The notes beneath the pieces were generated by a model. It searched no databases. It saw nothing but the letters and a program-made list of their open reading frames with translations, and was not told the DNA's origin. The position numbers and the translations under genes are program-made. From an uncultured Patescibacteria group bacterium (GTDB lineage Bacteria; Patescibacteriota; Patescibacteriia; UBA2591; CALHIP01), in the NCBI GenBank assembly GCA_938030745.1, contig CALHIP010000004.1:1-47506 (forward strand): DNA of 47,506 bases. The letters run 5' to 3'. Below, one piece after another: positions 1 to 8,786 of the stretch. The stretch's first letter is position 1. Each line of letters begins with the position of its first letter.

Positions 1-1
1 C

Positions 2-262
2 AACACTGGTTATCTAACAATTCAACCTGGTCAAATATGGACAGGATTTTCTGACATCGAAGAAGAATTAAAAGAAAAATATCGAAAAGAAGGTAAAAAA
101 TCATCTCTTTATATCTACAATCTCTTTACCAAAGAAAAAATTCTTATTGCTGAAACTGATGAACCATTGTGGTGGTTTGAAGCAGAATGGATTTCTGATT
201 CTGAACTTCAATACAAATTGCCGAATAATGAAATAAAGATTTATAAATTAAAATATGACTAA
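2..262 (+). CDS. 3' end of an unidentified protein-coding gene (5' part lies outside the window)
   Basis: Frame 2 is open from the window edge to TAA at 260-262 (86 codons, ...EPLWWFEAEWISDSELQYKLPNNEIKIYKLKYD). Amino-acid usage resembles neighbouring genes. No family motif recognised. Confidence 0.45.
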   Translation, partial: NTGYLTIQPGQIWTGFSDIEEELKEKYRKEGKKSSLYIYNLFTKEKILIAETDEPLWWFEAEWISDSELQYKLPNNEIKIYKLKYD

Positions 263-312
263 TTTCTGTTTATAGATTTCAAACTTAAGCCACGTGGTTA
301 AACAAAAATAAA

Positions 313-1188
313 ATGAAGAAAAAAAATAAAATTTTAATTTTAGGAGCAAAAGGAATGTTGGGATCTGATCTCTGTTTTATTTTTAGAAAAGATAAACCAA
401 TTTGTTGGGATATAAAAGAATTGGATATTACCAATAAAAAAGAAGTTGAAAAGAAAATTAAAAAACTTAAACCAGAAATTGTAATTAATGCTGCTGCTTA
501 TACTGATGTAGAAAAAGCAGAAAAAGAGTTTTTCTTAGCAAAAAAAATAAATGCTGAAGCAATAAAAACATTAGCTAAAATTTGTGCTAAAATTGATGCT
601 ATTTTTGTTCATTATTCTACTGATTATGTTTTTGATGGGAAAAAGAAAAACGGCTATCAAGAAAAAGATATACCAAAGAATCCAGTTAATAAATATGGAT
701 TATCAAAATTGCTTGGAGAGAAAGTAATTGAAAATTGTAAATTGAAAATTAAAAATTTTAAACATTATCTAATTCGGACTAGCTGGTTATTTGGTTCAAA
801 AATTGAACCAACAAAACATAAAAATTTTGTTCAAACAATTTTAAAATTAGCAAAAGAAAAAAAAGAGATAAAAGTTGTCAATGATCAATTTGGTAAACCA
901 ACCTATACTTTTGATCTAGCTAAGGCAACTAAAAAATTATTATTTGAAAAAAAACCTTTTGGAATTTATCATCTAACAAATGAAGGAGTAACAAGCTGGT
1001 ATAAGTTTGCTAAAGAAATTGTTAAAGTTACTAAATTAAAAATTAAAATCTCTCCTTGTCAAAGTTGGGAGTACAAAAGCTTGGCAAAAAGGCCAAAATA
1101 TTCTATACTAGTTAATACAAAATTACCAAGATTAAGAAACTGGCGAAAAGCATTAAAAGATTATTTAAAAGCAATTAAAACAGTATGA
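313..1188 (+). CDS. rmlD: dTDP-4-dehydrorhamnose reductase
   Basis: 291 aa. N-terminal Rossmann loop GAKGMLG, plus STDYVFDG and YGLSK (YxxxK) motifs typical of RmlD. Its stop overlaps the next start (ATGA at 1185-1188). Confidence 0.85.
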   Translation: MKKKNKILILGAKGMLGSDLCFIFRKDKPICWDIKELDITNKKEVEKKIKKLKPEIVINAAAYTDVEKAEKEFFLAKKINAEAIKTLAKICAKIDAIFVHYSTDYVFDGKKKNGYQEKDIPKNPVNKYGLSKLLGEKVIENCKLKIKNFKHYLIRTSWLFGSKIEPTKHKNFVQTILKLAKEKKEIKVVNDQFGKPTYTFDLAKATKKLLFEKKPFGIYHLTNEGVTSWYKFAKEIVKVTKLKIKISPCQSWEYKSLAKRPKYSILVNTKLPRLRNWRKALKDYLKAIKTV

Positions 1189-1937
1189 AAGGAATCATTT
1201 TAGCTGGCGGGTTAGGAACAAGATTATCACCTTTAACCCGCGTGACAAATAAACATTTACTTCCTGTTTATAAAAAACCAATGATTTATTATCCCTTAGA
1301 AACATTGGTTAAGGCTGGAATAAAGGAAATTATGATTGTTACAGGCGGCGAGTCGCCAGGAGATTTTTTAAAACTTTTAGGTTCAGGTAAAGAATTTGGT
1401 TTAAAAGAGATTCATTTTACCTATCAGGAAAAAGCAGGTGGGATTGCTCAGGCATTAAGTTTAGCTGAAGATTTTGCCGACCGTGAAAAAGTTGTTGTAA
1501 TTTTGGGTGATAATATTTTTGAAGATGATATTACCCCTTATTTAAAAAAATTTGAAAATCAAGAAAGAGGAGCAAAATTATTTTTAAAAAAAGTACCTGA
1601 TCCAGAACGTTTTGGTGTAGCGGTTTTTAAAAATAAAAAACTTATTGCTATTGAAGAAAAACCAAAAAGACCAAAATCTCCTTATGCAGTTACAGGTCTT
1701 TATATGTATGACAATCAGGTTTGGGATGTCATTAAAACTTTGAAACCATCAGCTCGTGGAGAGTTAGAAATTACTGATGTTAATAATTTTTATATTAGAC
1801 AGAAAACAGCCACCTATGAGATTCTTAAAGGATTTTGGACTGATGCTGGAACTTTCGATTCATTATTAAGAGCAACGATTTTGGTAGCAAAAAAAGAAAA
1901 AGCTCGTAATTTAAAACAGCTTTTAAAATTAAATTAA
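1185..1937 (+). CDS. rmlA: Glucose-1-phosphate thymidylyltransferase-like sugar nucleotidyltransferase (short form)
   Basis: 250 aa. Has the GGLGTRLSPLT nucleotide-binding loop and an LGDNIF motif. Translationally coupled to rmlD. Confidence 0.75.
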   Translation: MKGIILAGGLGTRLSPLTRVTNKHLLPVYKKPMIYYPLETLVKAGIKEIMIVTGGESPGDFLKLLGSGKEFGLKEIHFTYQEKAGGIAQALSLAEDFADREKVVVILGDNIFEDDITPYLKKFENQERGAKLFLKKVPDPERFGVAVFKNKKLIAIEEKPKRPKSPYAVTGLYMYDNQVWDVIKTLKPSARGELEITDVNNFYIRQKTATYEILKGFWTDAGTFDSLLRATILVAKKEKARNLKQLLKLN

Positions 1938-1947
1938 GAAAAATTTT

Positions 1948-3216
1948 ATGGCGAAATTTATTATTGAAGGCGAACAGCCATTAAGTGGAGAAATTGAAGT
2001 TTCTGGTGCAAAAAATGCAGCTTTAAAAATATTTCCTGTCGCTCTTTTAACTCGAGGTGTGATTCGGATTTCTAATTTGCCGGAGATTGAAGATGTTTAT
2101 CGAGCTCAAGAAATATTGCTTGCCTTAGGTGGACAAGTAAAGAAAATAAGAAAGGGAAAGATCGAAATTAGTCTTAAAAACTTATCTTCATTTAGTTTGC
2201 CTCCTGATTTAGTTAGTAAATTTAGAGCATCAATAATGTTTGTTGGACCTCTGTTAGCACTTACTGGTGAGGTCAAATTTCCTCATCCTGGCGGTTGTGT
2301 AATTGGAGCTGGCCGTCGACCAATAGATATGTTTTTAGAAGGTTTTAAGAAAATGGGAGCAAAAGTAGAAATCTTTGGAGATTATTACCGTTTGACTGCT
2401 AAAAAATTAAAGGGAGCTAATATTTTTTTTCCTAAAATTACTGTCAGTGGAACTGAGAGTTTAATGATAACTGCCTGTTTAGCCGAAGGAATAACTATTT
2501 TAAAAAATTGTGCCCTTGAACCAGAAATTGTTGCTTTAGCTGATTATCTAAATAGTGTTGGTGCTAAAATTGAAGGAGCTGGAACATCAACAATTAAGAT
2601 TAAAGGTGTTAAGAGATTAAGAGGTGGAGAATACAAAATTATTCCTGATCGAATCGAAGCTGGTACTTTTGCTATTTTAGCAGCTGCTTCAAACACTGGA
2701 GAAATTTTAATTAAAAATTGTTATCCCGAACATTTAGAAGCTCTTTTGTGTTTATTTGATAGGATTGGTGTAAATTATTTATTAGACAAAAAGAGTATTA
2801 AAATTTTACCGACAAAAAAACTTTTTGCTTGCGATATGACAACCCATGAATATCCAGGTTTTCCAACTGATTTACAACCAGCTTATACTGTGTTGATGAC
2901 CCAAGCCCATGGTTCTTCTTTAATTCATGAAACAATTTATGATCGAAGATTGCTTTTTACCGATCTTTTAACTCAAATGGGTGCTAATATTGTTATGGCT
3001 GATCCTCATCGAATAGTAATTAATGGTCCAACTAAACTCTATGGTCGTCAATTAATCAGTCCTGATTTACGAGCAGGAATGGCTCTTTTGATAGCGGGTT
3101 TAATTGCTAAAGGAAAAACAGAAATTGATAATATTTATCAGATTGATCGCGGTTATGAAAAAATAGATGAACGATTAAATAAAATTGGTGCAAAAATAAA
3201 AAGAGTAGAAAGTTAA
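1948..3216 (+). CDS. murA: UDP-N-acetylglucosamine 1-carboxyvinyltransferase
   Basis: 422 aa. Has SGAKNAALKI near the N-terminus and the active-site loop HPGGCVIGAGRRPID. Full-length EPSP-synthase-fold pattern. Confidence 0.95.
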   Translation: MAKFIIEGEQPLSGEIEVSGAKNAALKIFPVALLTRGVIRISNLPEIEDVYRAQEILLALGGQVKKIRKGKIEISLKNLSSFSLPPDLVSKFRASIMFVGPLLALTGEVKFPHPGGCVIGAGRRPIDMFLEGFKKMGAKVEIFGDYYRLTAKKLKGANIFFPKITVSGTESLMITACLAEGITILKNCALEPEIVALADYLNSVGAKIEGAGTSTIKIKGVKRLRGGEYKIIPDRIEAGTFAILAAASNTGEILIKNCYPEHLEALLCLFDRIGVNYLLDKKSIKILPTKKLFACDMTTHEYPGFPTDLQPAYTVLMTQAHGSSLIHETIYDRRLLFTDLLTQMGANIVMADPHRIVINGPTKLYGRQLISPDLRAGMALLIAGLIAKGKTEIDNIYQIDRGYEKIDERLNKIGAKIKRVES

Positions 3217-3219
3217 AAT

Positions 3220-4428
3220 ATGGAAGAGATTAAAGAAAAAAAGAATAAACAAAAAATTGTTATCTTTATCATTATTGCTTTTTTAATTGGTTTTATTTTT
3301 GGAAGGATTTATTCTCCAATTGAAGAAAAGGAAACATCTTTCGTTAACCTAATTAAAAAAATTGAAAGGAAAGAAGAAACTATTGATTACAATTTATTTT
3401 TAGATGTTTTAGAAACTATTAGAACAAAATATATTGAACAACAAATCTCAGAGAGGAATCTTTTCTATGGAGCCTTAAAAGGTTTGGTTGCTGGATTAAA
3501 AGATCCTTACTCTATTTTTTTAGAACCTGAATTAGCTGAGAAATTTAAAACAGAGCTTTCAGGATTTTTTGAAGGAATTGGCGCAGAGATTAGTTCAAAA
3601 AAAGAAAGAATTATTATTGTTGCGCCATTAGAAGGAACACCAGCTGAGAAAGCAGGTTTAAAACCAGGTGATGAGATCTATGAAATTAATGGAGAAGATA
3701 CATTAGGAATGGGAATTGATGAAGCAGTTTCAAAAATTAGAGGCAAGAAAGGAACTCAGGTTAAACTTTTAATTTTTAGAAAAGGTTGGGATAGTCCAAA
3801 AGAATTTGTGATTACAAGAGATGTAATTAGGATAAAAACCGTCAGGTATGAAATGAAAAATAACAAAATTGCTTATCTTAAGATTTCTTATTTTAATGAA
3901 AGAACTGTAAGTGAATTTGATAAAGCAATCAGGGAAATTTTAAGTAAAAAACCATCCGGTTTAATCTTAGATTTAAGAAATAATCCAGGTGGTTATCTTT
4001 ATGCAGCTGTTGAAATTGCTGGTGCTTGGACTGGAGAAAAAGTGATTGTTTTTGAAAAATTAAGATCAGGAGAAGAAAAAGAGTATTGGGCAAAAAGAGA
4101 AGCGAAACTTAAAGATTTAAAAACTATTGTTTTAGTCAATAAAGGTTCTGCTTCCGGCTCTGAAATTTTAGCTGGTGCTTTACAAGACTATGAGATAGCA
4201 AAAATTTTAGGAGAAAAAACATTTGGTAAAGGAAGTGTTCAAGAGTTGACTGAGTTAAGAGATGGTTCAATTGTAAAATTAACTGTTGCCCGTTGGTTGA
4301 CACCAAAAAAAAGAGAAATTGAAGGAATAGGTATTGAGCCAGATATTAAAATAGAGATGACAGAAAAAGATTATGATGAAGAAAAAGATCCACAACTTGA
4401 GAAAGCAATCGAGTTATTAACAAAATAA
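3220..4428 (+). CDS. ctpA: Carboxy-terminal processing protease (peptidase S41) with N-terminal membrane anchor and PDZ domain
   Basis: 402 aa. N-terminal TM helix, PDZ segment (GTPAEKAGLKPGDEI), S41 catalytic region GSASGSEILAGAL ... TFGKGSVQ. Confidence 0.88.
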   Translation: MEEIKEKKNKQKIVIFIIIAFLIGFIFGRIYSPIEEKETSFVNLIKKIERKEETIDYNLFLDVLETIRTKYIEQQISERNLFYGALKGLVAGLKDPYSIFLEPELAEKFKTELSGFFEGIGAEISSKKERIIIVAPLEGTPAEKAGLKPGDEIYEINGEDTLGMGIDEAVSKIRGKKGTQVKLLIFRKGWDSPKEFVITRDVIRIKTVRYEMKNNKIAYLKISYFNERTVSEFDKAIREILSKKPSGLILDLRNNPGGYLYAAVEIAGAWTGEKVIVFEKLRSGEEKEYWAKREAKLKDLKTIVLVNKGSASGSEILAGALQDYEIAKILGEKTFGKGSVQELTELRDGSIVKLTVARWLTPKKREIEGIGIEPDIKIEMTEKDYDEEKDPQLEKAIELLTK

Positions 4429-4442
4429 AAAATGAAACACCT

Positions 4443-4892
4443 ATGTGGGTAATATTATTACAAGATATAGATAAATTAGGAAAAAAAGGTGAAATCAAAG
4501 AGGTAAAAGATGGTTTTGCCAGGAATTTTTTAATTCCTAAAAAATTAGCTGTTTTAGCTACGCCAACAGAAATAAGAAAAATTCAAAGAAAAAAGATTCT
4601 TGAGGAAGAGAGAAGAAAAAAAGAAATTGAGGCCTTAAAAATTTTAGGCCAAAAAATAAAAGATTTAGAAATTATTATTAAAGAAAAAGCTACAGCTGAA
4701 GGAAAACTTTATGGTTCAGTTAATCAAGAGAGAATTGTTAAAATTTTAAAAGAAAAAGGATTTAATATTCCTATTGAAAAAATAAATTTAAAAGAACCAA
4801 TTAAAGAAATAGGAGATTACGAATTGGAAATAAATTTATTACCTGAATTAAAAATTAAAATAAAATTAAAAATAGTGCCAGAAAACTCTTAA
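4443..4892 (+). CDS. rplI: 50S ribosomal protein L9
   Basis: 149 aa. The N-terminus VILLQDIDKLGKKGEIKEVKDGFARNFLIP matches the conserved L9 N-domain. Confidence 0.9.
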   Translation: MWVILLQDIDKLGKKGEIKEVKDGFARNFLIPKKLAVLATPTEIRKIQRKKILEEERRKKEIEALKILGQKIKDLEIIIKEKATAEGKLYGSVNQERIVKILKEKGFNIPIEKINLKEPIKEIGDYELEINLLPELKIKIKLKIVPENS

Positions 4893-6239
4893 TTAATAGA
4901 AAAGTTCACCTTCCATTCCCCAAGGAGTAACTTTTTTTATTTTTACTTTAACAAATTTGCCGATTAGATCAGAATCTTGAGATTGAAAATTAGAAACTTT
5001 TACTTGTTTAAATGTCTTTGTTCGACCGAAAAGAGAATTGTCTTTTTTGCTTTCAATTAATACTTCAACAATTTTATTAAGATATTTCTTATTTTTTTCT
5101 AATGCTGTTTTTTCTAAAATTTTAGCTAAAATTTTCCATCGCCTTTCCTTTTCTTCTTGCGATACATCATCTTTTAATTTAGCTGCTGAAGTAGCGGGGC
5201 GCGGTGAATATTTAGCAATATAAGCCATATCGAACTTTACTTCTTTCATCAATTTAGTTGTATTGAGAAATTGTTTTTTTGTTTCGCCAGGAAAACCAAC
5301 AATAATATCAGTTGAAATGTTGATATTTTTTTCAATCCCTTTACGGATGGCAAAGAATTTCAAACGAATTTTTTTAATTAAATTTTTATAATGAGTTATA
5401 GTATAGTTGCGATTCATCCGACGTAAAATTTCATCATCACCAGCTTGAACTGGTAAATGTAAATATGACATCACTTTTTCACACCTGGCCATAGTTTCAA
5501 TTAATTTATCAGATAAATCTTTAGGATGATTACTAATAAAAGTCAGCCAGAAATTTCCATCTAAATCATTAATCATTTTTACCAATTTTGGAAATCTTAT
5601 AATTTTTTCCTTTTGAGTTTTAAGTTTTCCTTGATAACTATTAACATTTTGTCCTAATAGAATAATCATTTTATAACCTCTTTTTATCAATTCCTTTACT
5701 TCACAAATAATTTCTTCTGCTGGTCTTGATATTTCTCTTCCTCTTGTATAAGGAACGACACAATAAGAGCAAAAATTATTACAGCCTGTCATAATTGGGA
5801 CATAGGCAATGGGAAAGGTTGAGAATTTAGGAAAAATATTTAAATAATTTTTAAATTTAAAATTTTTGAACTGTTTGTTTTTCAATTTTGTTTCAATTTT
5901 TGATAAAATTTGCGGCCAACTCATAAGTTGATCAATATCAAGAATGAGATCAGTCTTGTTTTTTAAATTCTCTTTATCTTTAGGTAAAATACAACCTGTT
6001 AAGACTATTTTTTGATTTTTTATTTTTTTTAAATTTTTATTTTTTATATTTGAGATTTGACCATAAACGCGATCTACTGCTGATTGTCGAACTGAACAAA
6101 CATTGATGACAATTAAGTCAGCCTTATCTTTATCAAGAGTGGGGGAGTAACCAATTTTTTCTAAAACAGCAGCAATTCGTTCCGAATCAGAACGATTCAT
6201 TTGACATCCATATGTAATAATATGGTATTTCATAGACAT
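4893..6239 (-). CDS. miaB: tRNA (i6A37) methylthiotransferase, radical SAM
   Basis: 448 aa. Has the UPF0004 N-domain cysteines (YGCQMN, NVCSVR, TGC), the radical-SAM CNNFCSYC motif and a C-terminal TRAM domain. The start may instead be the second ATG at 6233 (MKYH...). The annotated start codon overlaps repeat copy A. Confidence 0.88.
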   Translation of the reverse strand: MSMKYHIITYGCQMNRSDSERIAAVLEKIGYSPTLDKDKADLIVINVCSVRQSAVDRVYGQISNIKNKNLKKIKNQKIVLTGCILPKDKENLKNKTDLILDIDQLMSWPQILSKIETKLKNKQFKNFKFKNYLNIFPKFSTFPIAYVPIMTGCNNFCSYCVVPYTRGREISRPAEEIICEVKELIKRGYKMIILLGQNVNSYQGKLKTQKEKIIRFPKLVKMINDLDGNFWLTFISNHPKDLSDKLIETMARCEKVMSYLHLPVQAGDDEILRRMNRNYTITHYKNLIKKIRLKFFAIRKGIEKNINISTDIIVGFPGETKKQFLNTTKLMKEVKFDMAYIAKYSPRPATSAAKLKDDVSQEEKERRWKILAKILEKTALEKNKKYLNKIVEVLIESKKDNSLFGRTKTFKQVKVSNFQSQDSDLIGKFVKVKIKKVTPWGMEGELFY

Positions 6240-6272
6240 AGTCTATTTTCTGCGGCCGTCCGAAAAGAGAGG
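6238..6272 (+). repeat. R element copy A (ATAGTCTATTTTCTGCGGCCGTCCGAAAAGAG + AGG)
   Basis: The 32-nt core at 6238-6269 is identical to 6865-6896 and differs by 1 nt from 24878-24909. Internal inverted repeat CTATTTTC / GAAAAGAG surrounds TGCGGCCGTCC. It lies between the regulator stop (6277) and the miaB start. Confidence 0.9.
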
Positions 6273-6276
6273 TATA

Positions 6277-6822
6277 TTAAAATTTGCCTAATTCTTTTAC
6301 TTTTAAAAATTTAATATATTTGGAAAGATTTAAATTTTTAACTACTTCTTTTAATTCTTTATAAACATCATAGGGAGAAACCCAAACACTTTGTTGAACT
6401 TTTTGAAATCCTAATTCATAAAGAAACTCACGAAAGACATTTCTATCTTTTCTTCTTTTTTCCGGAATATCAAAAATAACCATCAACCAAGATTTATCAG
6501 GATTATATTTCTTTTTAAAATTTTTGATTTTATTTTTCAATACTCTTTTTTCACCTTTTGAAGTCAAAAAATACCCTTTCCCTTCTTTAGTGATTTTTAT
6601 CTTTAAGTATCCGTTTCTTTTCAATCGATAAATAGCGGAATAAAGATTTTTCTTTCCCCGCTTTTGAAAATATTCTTCTAACCAAGTTCTGAATGGCCTA
6701 TAGCGAGGGTCACCTCGAAGCCAATATCTAAAGGTAGATAAAGTACACGGCTGACGAAAGACATCTATAAAATCAGCTATTAACAAAAGTATTTTCTCTG
6801 TAAAAGATTGTTTTTTCTTCAT
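6277..6822 (-). CDS. Short PaaX-like transcriptional regulator (winged helix + PaaX-middle/Cas2-like ferredoxin-fold domain)
   Basis: 181 aa. The central segment LYSAIYRLKRNGYLKI...GKGYFLTSKGE looks like a winged-helix wing. WLMVIFDIPEKRRKDRNVFREFLYELGFQKVQQSVWVSP matches the PaaX (W-x-l-v-x-f-x-iPe..R...r..L...Gf....vWvsP) and Cas2-like beta-alpha-beta pattern. Assignment is by motif only. Confidence 0.6.
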   Translation of the reverse strand: MKKKQSFTEKILLLIADFIDVFRQPCTLSTFRYWLRGDPRYRPFRTWLEEYFQKRGKKNLYSAIYRLKRNGYLKIKITKEGKGYFLTSKGEKRVLKNKIKNFKKKYNPDKSWLMVIFDIPEKRRKDRNVFREFLYELGFQKVQQSVWVSPYDVYKELKEVVKNLNLSKYIKFLKVKELGKF

Positions 6823-6829
6823 TTAATGA

Positions 6830-6857
6830 ATTATATCACTTTTTAAAAATAAGTAAA
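6830..6857 (-). promoter_or_regulatory. Predicted sigma70-type promoter of the PaaX-like gene (leaderless-type geometry)
   Basis: On the minus strand: TTTACT (6857-6852), 16-nt spacer, TGaTATAAT (-10 at 6835-6830). Only 7 nt separate the -10 from the ATG at 6822. Confidence 0.45.
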
Positions 6858-6864
6858 TTTTTAT

Positions 6865-6900
6865 ATAGTCTATTTTCTGCGGCCGTCCGAAAAGAGGAGG
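6865..6900 (+). repeat. R element copy B (ATAGTCTATTTTCTGCGGCCGTCCGAAAAGAG + GAGG)
   Basis: The 32-nt core at 6865-6896 is identical to copy A. It sits between the thrS terminator hairpin and the -35 box of the regulator promoter. Confidence 0.9.
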
Positions 6901-6930
6901 ACAAGGATTTTATTTGATGAAGGTTTGCAA

Positions 6931-6960
6931 CAAAAAAGAAGTCTTTTTAGATGACTTCTT
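6931..6960 (-). terminator. Rho-independent terminator downstream of thrS
   Basis: On the minus strand the stem AAGAAGTC (6960-6953) pairs with GACTTCTT (6943-6936) around a 9-nt loop, followed by TTTTTTG. It begins 27 nt after the thrS stop. Confidence 0.6.
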
Positions 6961-6986
6961 GATTTAAATTCTATCAGCTAAATTTT

Positions 6987-8786
6987 TTACTTTTTATTTT
7001 TTATCTCTTTTAGAACTTTCTCAATAAATTGTTTTTTACTCATTCTCTTGAGTTTCTTTTTTCCGTGCTGGCGAACATTTAAAGTTTTACTTTTCATTTC
7101 TTTATCACCAATAACTAAAATATAAGGAATTTTCTGATTCTCTGCTTTGCGGATTTTATAAGGGATTGTCTCTCGGGCTAAATCAACCCAAACTCTTAGG
7201 CCAAAATTTTCTAATTCCTTACCTAATTTTTGAGTATATTGCCAATGGGCTTTACCAACTGGTGCTAAATAAATCTGAACAGGCGAGAGCCAAACCGGAA
7301 AGATACCTTTACAATGTTCAATTAAACAACCAAGAAATCTCTCCATTGAACCCAAAACTGTTCGATGAATCATAACCGGTCTAGCCTTTTTCCCATTTTT
7401 ATCAATATAATTAATATCAAACCTTTCTGGAAAGTTAAAATCAACTTGAATAGTAGGTCCTTGCCATGCTCGCCCTAAAACATCAATAACTTTAATATCA
7501 ATTTTTGGACCATAAAAAGCACCTTGGCCAGGGTCTATCTCGTATTTAACTTTTGTTTTCTCTAAAGCATTTTTCAAAGCCTGAGTTGCTTTTTCCCATA
7601 TTTGGTCAGAGCCAATTGATTTTTTCGGCTTGGTTGAAAGAACAACTTGGTAATTCTTAAAACCAAAGGTTTTCATCATAAAAATTGAGAGTTTTAAAAC
7701 ATCAATAATTTCTTTTTCTAATTGTTCATAAGTACAGAAAATATGGGCATCATCTTGAGTAAAACCGCGGGCTCTGACAAGACCATGTAAAACTCCAGAT
7801 CTTTCATAGCGATAAACAGTTCCTAATTCAGCATAGCGAAGCGGTAAATCACGATAACTTCTGATCTGGCTTTGATAAATTAAAATATGAAAAGGACAAT
7901 TCATTGGTTTAATTAAATATTCGTCTTCATCAATCTTGATCGGTGAATACAGATTTTCACGATAGAATTCCCAATGGCCAGATTTTTTCCATAGATTAAG
8001 TTTGCCAATATGGGGCGAATAAACTAATTGATAACCTCTTTTTTCATGCTCTTTTTTCCAAAAATCTTCAATTATTTTTCGAATAATCGCTCCTTTTGGA
8101 TGCCACAAAACTAGACCAGCGCCTAACTCTTCTGAGATACTGAAAAAATCTAAATTTTTACCAATTTCTCGATGATCTCTTTTTTCTATTTCTTTGAGAT
8201 TTATTAAATATTGATCTAACTCTTTTTGAGTAAAAAATGCTGTACCATAAATTCTTTGAAGCATTGGATTTTTTTCATTACCGCGCCAATAAGCGCCAGC
8301 AATCTTTAAAAGTTTAAATGCCTTGATCTCTTTAGTTGATTTTAAATGTGGTCCACGACAAAGATCGATAAATTTACCCAACTGGTAAATTGTTACTGTT
8401 TTCGGGATCTGTTTAGATTGGGAAATTAAAGACCACGAATTTATTTCTGTTGTTCCATATTTTTTTAAATCTTCTAAAAGTTCAACTTTGTATGGCTGAT
8501 TAAGTTTTTTAAATAGCCCTATTGCTTCTTCCAATGATATTTCTTTTTTTTCAAATTTTAACCCTTTTTCTATTAATTCCTTCATTTTCTCTTCAATTTT
8601 TGGCAAATCATTTTCTGTTAGTTTGCTACTACTTCCAGTTAAATCAAAATCATAATAAAAACCATTTTCAATAACCGGACCAATTCCAAACTTAACATTT
8701 CCAAACAATTCTAAAACAGCTAAAGCCATTAGATGACTTGTTGAATGGCGAAGAATTTCAATTCGTTTTTGAGATTTATTTTCCAT
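6987..8786 (-). CDS. thrS: Threonine--tRNA ligase (no N-terminal TGS domain)
   Basis: 599 aa. Starts directly in the N2/editing domain (RHSTSHLMALAV...GPVIENGFYYDFDL). Class II core motifs (FRYE..., HRTVLGSMERFLG) and a C-terminal anticodon-binding domain are present. Confidence 0.95.
   Translation of the reverse strand: MENKSQKRIEILRHSTSHLMALAVLELFGNVKFGIGPVIENGFYYDFDLTGSSSKLTENDLPKIEEKMKELIEKGLKFEKKEISLEEAIGLFKKLNQPYKVELLEDLKKYGTTEINSWSLISQSKQIPKTVTIYQLGKFIDLCRGPHLKSTKEIKAFKLLKIAGAYWRGNEKNPMLQRIYGTAFFTQKELDQYLINLKEIEKRDHREIGKNLDFFSISEELGAGLVLWHPKGAIIRKIIEDFWKKEHEKRGYQLVYSPHIGKLNLWKKSGHWEFYRENLYSPIKIDEDEYLIKPMNCPFHILIYQSQIRSYRDLPLRYAELGTVYRYERSGVLHGLVRARGFTQDDAHIFCTYEQLEKEIIDVLKLSIFMMKTFGFKNYQVVLSTKPKKSIGSDQIWEKATQALKNALEKTKVKYEIDPGQGAFYGPKIDIKVIDVLGRAWQGPTIQVDFNFPERFDINYIDKNGKKARPVMIHRTVLGSMERFLGCLIEHCKGIFPVWLSPVQIYLAPVGKAHWQYTQKLGKELENFGLRVWVDLARETIPYKIRKAENQKIPYILVIGDKEMKSKTLNVRQHGKKKLKRMSKKQFIEKVLKEIKNKK

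Noticed and set aside
290-297. The palindrome CCACGTGG upstream of rmlD, as a possible operator.
   Set aside because: It is only 8 bp, occurs once, and has no flanking symmetry. This is not enough evidence for a regulatory site.
6238-6900. Reading the R repeats as a degenerate CRISPR array or leader, because they are 32-36 nt, partly palindromic, and flank a gene with a Cas2-like fold.
   Set aside because: The two copies are 627 bp apart with a complete gene between them, not a 25-50 nt spacer. There is no third adjacent unit and there are no cas genes. The protein matches PaaX-type regulators better (IPE...WVSP motif plus an N-terminal winged helix) than Cas2. The resemblance is kept only as a curiosity.
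6865-6900. The minus-strand reading of the R element (CCTCCTCTTTTC...) as an anti-SD / 16S 3'-tail mimic.
   Set aside because: It is only a short pyrimidine-run resemblance. The organism appears hardly to use SD pairing at all, and copy A reads CCTCTC instead. There is no way to support this from sequence.
6897-6967. A 16-codon sORF (ATG 6917 to TAA 6965-6967, MKVCNKKEVFLDDFLI) downstream of the GAGGAGG block of R copy B, and the idea that R copy B plus the bidirectional hairpin forms a plus-strand small gene.
   Set aside because: The ATG lies 16 nt from the purine block, which is too far for SD function. The ORF largely coincides with the thrS terminator hairpin. Copy A has no comparable ORF, so the coding reading is not a conserved property of the element.
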